Part shown: piece after piece, positions 27,877 through 32,000 of the stretch | Layout of the letters: every line of letters starts with the position of its first letter | How positions within the stretch are numbered: position 1 is the first letter of the stretch | Source: Desulfobulbus propionicus DSM 2032 | Lineage (GTDB): Bacteria; Desulfobacterota; Desulfobulbia; Desulfobulbales; Desulfobulbaceae | Assembly: GCF_000186885.1 (NCBI RefSeq) | Contig: NC_014972.1 | Span: forward strand, 1,080,001-1,112,000 | Reading direction: 5' to 3' | DNA length: 32,000 bases | The notes under the pieces: generated by a model | The model's input: only the letters and a program-made list of their open reading frames with translations | What the model was told of the DNA's origin: nothing | Databases searched by the model: none | Position numbers and translations under genes: made by a program

Positions 27877-29258
27877 GGGAAGATCTTGCCGGGGTTGAGG
27901 ATCAGGTTCGGGTCGAAGAGGCGCTTGATGCCCTGTTGCAGGCCAATGCTGGTCGGCGAAAGTTCAAGCGGCAGGAACTGCTTTTTGGCAAGTCCTATGC
28001 CGTGTTCGCCGGAGAGGGTGCCGCCCATGGCCAGCACCCGTTTGAGCAGGGCCAGGACGCCTGCCTCGGCCAGCTCCCGCTCTTTCGGATACTGGCTGGT
28101 AATGTTGAGGTGGATGTTGCCGTCGCCGGCATGGCCAAAGGCAAAGATCTCCACCCCGTAACGGGTCTCGTAGTCGGGCAGCACATCGACCAGTTCGGCA
28201 ATACGGCTCAGCGGCACGGCCACATCCTCCGGGATGTAGAGGGGGGCCTGATCATGGATGCGCAGGCTCACCTGGCGGCGGACCTCCCAGATCTGCTGCC
28301 GATCCTGTTCGTTCGGTGCTTTGCGGCAATGGATGGCCCCCTCGTCCTTGGCCAAGGCGAGCACGGTGTCCATCTCCGGGGCGATCTGCGCGGCTGGGCC
28401 GTCGAGTTCGATCAACAGCAGCGAGGGCTTGCCGCTTGGCAGGCTGAAGGGCAGCAGCTCACCGATCAGGGCCAGGCAGCGGTGGTCGAGAAACTCGATG
28501 GCGCTGGGCAGATGCCCTGCGGCCATGATCCGGGCCACGCTGCGCATGGCCTCGCCCATGGAACCAAAGATGCACAGCGCGCCGATGGTTGCCGTCGGCC
28601 GGGGCATCAGCCTGAGGGTCAGGGCGGTGATCACCGCCAGTGTTCCCTCGCAGCCGACGAGCAGGTTGGTCAGGTCGTAGCCGACCACGCCCTTGCGGGT
28701 ACGGACACCGGTGGCGATCAGCGTTCCGTCGGGCAGAACCGCCTCCAGGCCGAGGATGTAGTCGCGGGTGGTACCGTATTTGACGCAGGCCGGACCGCCG
28801 GCGTCGGTGGCCGCGTTGCCGCCGATGGTGCTCAGCTCCATGCCCGCCGGATCGGGCGGATAGAAGAGGTCGTGAGCTGCGGCGGCCTCGCGCACCTGGG
28901 CGCTGATCGCTCCGGCCTCGACCTCCATGGTGAAGTTGGCGGTGTCGATAGACCGGATGGCGTTCAGGTCGCGGGTGGACAGCACCACACCGCCCTGGTG
29001 GGCCAAACAGGCCCCGGCCAAGCCGGAACCGCCGCCCCGGGGGATGACCGGAAAGCGGTGGCTGTTGGCCAATGCCAGCACGGCCTGGACATCGGCAACG
29101 GTCTTGGCCCGGACCACCAGTTCGGGGCGGTGGTGGAGGGCCGAGGCATCGGTGGCGCAGGCCTCGATCTCGGCCGGATTGGTGACGATGGCCCCGGGGC
29201 TGAGCCGGGATTGGAGCTGGGCGATGATCGGGCCGGTGACAGGAGAATAGGAGATCAT
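27873..29258 (-). CDS. glcD: FAD-binding (S)-2-hydroxy-acid oxidase/dehydrogenase, GlcD family
   Basis: HHRPELVVRAKTVADVQAVLALANSHRFPVIPRGGGSGLAGACLA (FAD_binding_4) and C-terminal FAD-oxidase region (FAFGHAGDGNIHLNI...GGTLSGEHGIGLAKKQFL...NLILNPGKIF). Start at MISYSPVTGP; the 646-aa ORF extension is spurious. Confidence 0.86.
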   Translation of the reverse strand: MISYSPVTGPIIAQLQSRLSPGAIVTNPAEIEACATDASALHHRPELVVRAKTVADVQAVLALANSHRFPVIPRGGGSGLAGACLAHQGGVVLSTRDLNAIRSIDTANFTMEVEAGAISAQVREAAAAHDLFYPPDPAGMELSTIGGNAATDAGGPACVKYGTTRDYILGLEAVLPDGTLIATGVRTRKGVVGYDLTNLLVGCEGTLAVITALTLRLMPRPTATIGALCIFGSMGEAMRSVARIMAAGHLPSAIEFLDHRCLALIGELLPFSLPSGKPSLLLIELDGPAAQIAPEMDTVLALAKDEGAIHCRKAPNEQDRQQIWEVRRQVSLRIHDQAPLYIPEDVAVPLSRIAELVDVLPDYETRYGVEIFAFGHAGDGNIHLNITSQYPKERELAEAGVLALLKRVLAMGGTLSGEHGIGLAKKQFLPLELSPTSIGLQQGIKRLFDPNLILNPGKIFP

Positions 29259-29299
29259 GGAAATCGGGGGGAAGGAAAAAATATTGTCGTCTTGGCCGA

Positions 29300-29968
29300 T
29301 TACTGATGGCCGAAGCCGGGGATGAACAGCCGTTGCTCGATCCGCTTGAGCACAAAGATCGCCAGGGTCACCAGGCCGAGATAGTAGAGGCCGATGATGG
29401 CGAACACCTCGGTGAAGCGGAAGTATTCGGTGGCAACGGTCTTGCCCTCGCCGGTCAGCTCCATGCAGGTGACGATGTAGGCCAGCGAGGAGTATTTGAT
29501 CAGGTAGATGATTTCGTTGCCGCAGCCGTGGATGGCCCGGCGGACCGCCTGCGGCACGATGATCCAGCGCACGGTCTGCCAGCCGGTGAAGCCCAGGGCC
29601 TGGGCACCGAGGTACTGGCCGCGCTTGATCGACAGCAGGGCGCCGCGCACGTACTCGGACTGGTAGGCACCGCTGCAGAGGACAAACCCGATGACCGCGG
29701 CGGCGTAGGGACTGAGGTAGAGGCCGAGGTTGGGCAGGCCGAAATAGAGCACGAATAGCTGCACCACCAGCGGCGTGCCGCGAAACAGGGCCGCGTAGCC
29801 GTCGCCCAGCCATCGCAGCCAGCGGGCGCCGAAGACCCGCAACGCCCCGGCGCTGATGCCGATCACCACGCCGCCCACGGCCGAGGGCACGATCAGGGCC
29901 AGGCTCATCACCAGGCCGCGATTGAGCGCGGCCAGCAGCTCCTGATAGAAGGGCGACAGGGTCAGCAT
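29300..29968 (-). CDS. Polar amino-acid ABC transporter permease (HisM/GlnP family)
   Basis: ALIVPSAVGGVVIGISAG...RWLRWLGDGYAALFRGTPLVVQLFVLYFGLPNLGL...GVLLSIKRGQYLGAQALGFTGWQTVRWIIVPQAVRRAIHGCGNEIIYLIKYSSLA: EAA-type loop and HisM-family pattern. Confidence 0.9.
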   Translation of the reverse strand: MLTLSPFYQELLAALNRGLVMSLALIVPSAVGGVVIGISAGALRVFGARWLRWLGDGYAALFRGTPLVVQLFVLYFGLPNLGLYLSPYAAAVIGFVLCSGAYQSEYVRGALLSIKRGQYLGAQALGFTGWQTVRWIIVPQAVRRAIHGCGNEIIYLIKYSSLAYIVTCMELTGEGKTVATEYFRFTEVFAIIGLYYLGLVTLAIFVLKRIEQRLFIPGFGHQ

Positions 29969-30735
29969 CAGTAGGTGCCGTCGGCCAGGTCGTTGAGCCG
30001 GTCGCAGAACCCCTGGCTCTTGCTGCGGCTGCCCGGCGCCAGCAGCTGGGCCGGCGATCCCTGCTCGACGATCACGCCGCCCTCCATGAACAGGATCTCG
30101 TCGGCCAGGGTGGCGATGAGGCTGATCTGGTGGGTGGCCATGATCATGGTCATGCCCTTGGCCGCCAGGGCGCGGATGACCGCGATCACCTCGCCGATCA
30201 GCTCCGGGTCCAGGGCCGAGGTCGGCTCGTCGAGCAACAGGGCCTTGGGGTCCATGGCCAGGGCGCGGGCAATGGCCACCCGCTGTTTTTGGCCGCCGCT
30301 CAGCTGGGCCGGATAAAGATCGGCCTTGTCGGCCAATCCCACCTGCTCCAACTCCAACCGGGCGCGGGTTTCGGCCTCCTGTTTGCCGATTTTTTTCACC
30401 TTGCGCAGGGCAATGGTGATGTTGTCCAGGGCGGTGAGGTGATCAAAGAGGTTGAATTCCTGAAAGATCATGCCCACCTCCTGGCGCAGCCGATAGAGAT
30501 CGGCCTTGCGGTGCAGATCGATCCGCTCGTCGCCGAGATGAATCTCGCCCGAATCCGGATGCACCAGGCAGTTGATGCACTGCAACAGGGTGGATTTGCC
30601 GCCGCCCGAGGGGCCGATCAGCACCTTGATTTCGCCCTTGCGCAGGCTCAGGCTGACGCCCTTGAGAATGCAGGTGGCGCCGAAGCATTTGGAGATGTTG
30701 TCGACCCGGAGGATGGGGGTGGTGTCGGTGATCAT
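29968..30735 (-). CDS. Polar amino-acid ABC transporter ATP-binding protein (GlnQ/HisP family)
   Basis: Walker A GPSGGGKST, LSGGQKQRVAIARALAMDPKALLLDEPTSALDPELIGEV, MIMATHQ. Confidence 0.93.
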   Translation of the reverse strand: MITDTTPILRVDNISKCFGATCILKGVSLSLRKGEIKVLIGPSGGGKSTLLQCINCLVHPDSGEIHLGDERIDLHRKADLYRLRQEVGMIFQEFNLFDHLTALDNITIALRKVKKIGKQEAETRARLELEQVGLADKADLYPAQLSGGQKQRVAIARALAMDPKALLLDEPTSALDPELIGEVIAVIRALAAKGMTMIMATHQISLIATLADEILFMEGGVIVEQGSPAQLLAPGSRSKSQGFCDRLNDLADGTY

Positions 30736-31412
30736 GGCATCGAGTGGTGGGTGTAGCCGGGGATGCGGAGCCGCTGCTCCAGTTTGCGCAGGCCCCAGAC
30801 CCCGAGCCAGGTGAGGAGAAAATAGAGCAGGCCGGCGGTGAGGTAGAGGGGCAGATGCTGGTAGGTGCGCGAGGCCACAAACTGGGCGCGGGCCATGATC
30901 TCCGGGGCGCCGATGACAAAGGCCAGGGCCGAATCCTTGAGGATGATCGAGTATTCGTTGGACCAGGCCGGAATCGACAGGCGCAGGACCTGCGGCAGGA
31001 TGATCGAACGGATGGTCTGGACATCGCTCATTCCCAGGGCGCTGGCGGCCCGGAACTGACCGCGCGGCAGGGAGAGGATCGCGCCCCTGAAGATGTTGGC
31101 CTGGTAGGCGCCGGTGGTCATGCCGAGCACCACGGCCACCGAGAAAAAGGCGTTCAAGGGCAGGTTCAAGTAGGTGAACAGGCCGAAATAGAAAAGAAAG
31201 AGCAGCACCAGCACCGGCACGCCGCGAAAAAACCAGACATAGAACCCGAGCAGCAGGCGCAGCAGCCGGTTGCCGTAGACCAGGCCGATCGCGATGACAA
31301 TGCCCAGCGCCAGGCCCAGCAACATGGCCAGGACAACGATACCGGCGGTGTTGATGGCCCCCGCAAGGAGATAGGGCAGGGAATCGGCGATGACGGCCAG
31401 GGAAGCGGGCAT
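30732..31412 (-). CDS. Polar amino-acid ABC transporter permease (HisM/GlnP family)
   Basis: AINTAGIVVLAMLLGLALGIVIAIG...FVWFFRGVPVLVLLFLFYFGLF...RGAILSLPRGQFRAASALGMSDVQTIRSIILPQVLRLSIPAWSNEYSIILKDSALA. Overlaps the ATPase gene by 4 nt. Confidence 0.9.
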   Translation of the reverse strand: MPASLAVIADSLPYLLAGAINTAGIVVLAMLLGLALGIVIAIGLVYGNRLLRLLLGFYVWFFRGVPVLVLLFLFYFGLFTYLNLPLNAFFSVAVVLGMTTGAYQANIFRGAILSLPRGQFRAASALGMSDVQTIRSIILPQVLRLSIPAWSNEYSIILKDSALAFVIGAPEIMARAQFVASRTYQHLPLYLTAGLLYFLLTWLGVWGLRKLEQRLRIPGYTHHSMP

Positions 31413-31477
31413 GATAGGGTCAGAGGAACAGCAAGGGTTGGCGGTGCAGGTTGCCGTGGATCGATCGGTTCAATGAA

Positions 31478-31504
31478 GCCGGGAGAAACCATCCGTTTCC
31501 CGGC
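31478..31504. promoter_or_regulatory. Imperfect stem-loop in the binding-protein/permease intergenic region
   Basis: GCCGGGA-GA-AAC catcc GTTT-CCCGGC, located 27 nt before the strong hairpin when read on the plus strand. Confidence 0.5.
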
Positions 31505-31513
31505 CTGCAAACA

Positions 31514-31543
31514 CGGCGGGCGGAGCAGCCGCTCCGCCCGCCG
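31514..31543. promoter_or_regulatory. Perfect 13-bp GC-rich hairpin, probable mRNA stabiliser/attenuator
   Basis: CGGCGGGCGGAGC-AGCC-GCTCCGCCCGCCG: perfect 13-bp arms, 4-nt loop, 6 nt after the binding-protein stop codon. No T tract follows on the minus strand (TGTTTGC). Confidence 0.8.
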
Positions 31544-31549
31544 GAATGG

Positions 31550-32000
31550 TTATTTTTCCAGCTCGTATTTCTTTTTCAGCGCTTCCCAGTCGGGAGAAGC
31601 CATCAGCTTCTTGAGGCTGGCGTTGACCTTGTCGAGCAGCTCCTGATCGCCCTTGCGCACCGCATAGCCGAATTCCTCCTGCTCCATGCCGAAGGTGCCG
31701 AGCACCTGTACCTCCTTCTTGGCGGCGGCATCCTTGGCCGGGGCGTCATCCATGGCGGCGGCGTCGATGCGGCCGTTGAGCAGGTCCTCCACCGCCAGCG
31801 GCGAGGAGTTGTAGTAACGCAGCTCAAAGTTCCATCCCTTGGCCGCGGCCTGTTCCTTCAGCCACTTGGCCTCGGAGGTGCCCTGCTGGACGCCGAGAAT
31901 CTTCTTGCCGCTCAAGATGGCGTCGATGGTCAGCGGCGAACCCTTCTTGGTGACCATCACCTGCTTGATCACCCAGTAGGGAAGGGTGAAGTTGACCTGC
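31550..32000 (-). CDS. Amino-acid ABC transporter substrate-binding protein, 5' part beyond window edge
   Basis: SBP_bac_3-type C-terminus (QVNFTLPYWVIKQVMVTKKG...ILGVQQGTSEAKWLKE...VEDLLNGRIDAAAMDDAPAKD...EEFGYAVRKGDQELLDKVNASLKKLMASPDWEALKKKYELEK). The frame stays open through position 32000. Confidence 0.85.
   Translation of the reverse strand, partial: QVNFTLPYWVIKQVMVTKKGSPLTIDAILSGKKILGVQQGTSEAKWLKEQAAAKGWNFELRYYNSSPLAVEDLLNGRIDAAAMDDAPAKDAAAKKEVQVLGTFGMEQEEFGYAVRKGDQELLDKVNASLKKLMASPDWEALKKKYELEK

Noticed and set aside
29259-29813. N-terminal extension of the glcD ORF (646 aa version)
   Set aside because: The extra region overlaps the permease gene in another frame and is Arg/Pro-rich. 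The GlcD-like protein starts naturally at MISYSPVTGP.
1-32000. tRNA/rRNA genes, transposases, integrases, toxin-antitoxin or defence genes
   Set aside because: No recognisable sequence or protein signatures were found on either strand; the window is consistent with core chromosome.

Overview
This 32 kb window looks like ordinary chromosomal, GC-rich Gram-negative sequence, with gene content reminiscent of Desulfobacterota/Desulfobulbales (a taxonomic guess from gene style, not a search). I see no mobile elements, CRISPR arrays, rRNA or tRNA genes, or phage genes. From left to right it contains: (1) a minus-strand DUF4390 - NtrY-like histidine kinase - NtrX-like sigma54 response regulator operon; (2) an RNase II/RNB-family exoribonuclease; (3) era on the plus strand; (4) a minus-strand ftsE-ftsX-envC-like-ctpA cell-division/cell-wall operon; (5) plus-strand gph and a DUF445 gene; (6) back-to-back intrinsic terminators at about 14.66-14.74 kb; (7) a long minus-strand run: tsaD, rsmA, small membrane protein, CPBP/CAAX-like protease, DUF2062 protein, iron-dependent alcohol dehydrogenase, glgB, and a 1326-aa coiled-coil protein; (8) moaA on the plus strand; (9) a minus-strand polar amino-acid ABC transporter operon that also carries a GlcD-like FAD oxidase and a class I aminotransferase. 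The best candidate for something under-described is the 1326-aa protein at 14769..18749. It has an N-terminal membrane segment, about 1000 residues of predicted coiled coil containing a diverged internal duplication of about 255 aa, one thrombospondin-type-3 Ca-binding repeat and a C-terminal OmpA-like peptidoglycan-binding domain. Secondary points of interest are the paired hairpins between the transporter's binding-protein and permease genes, and an 8-bp G/C homopolymer in the ctpA C-terminal linker. I found no convincing new defence, mobile or RNA-based system.
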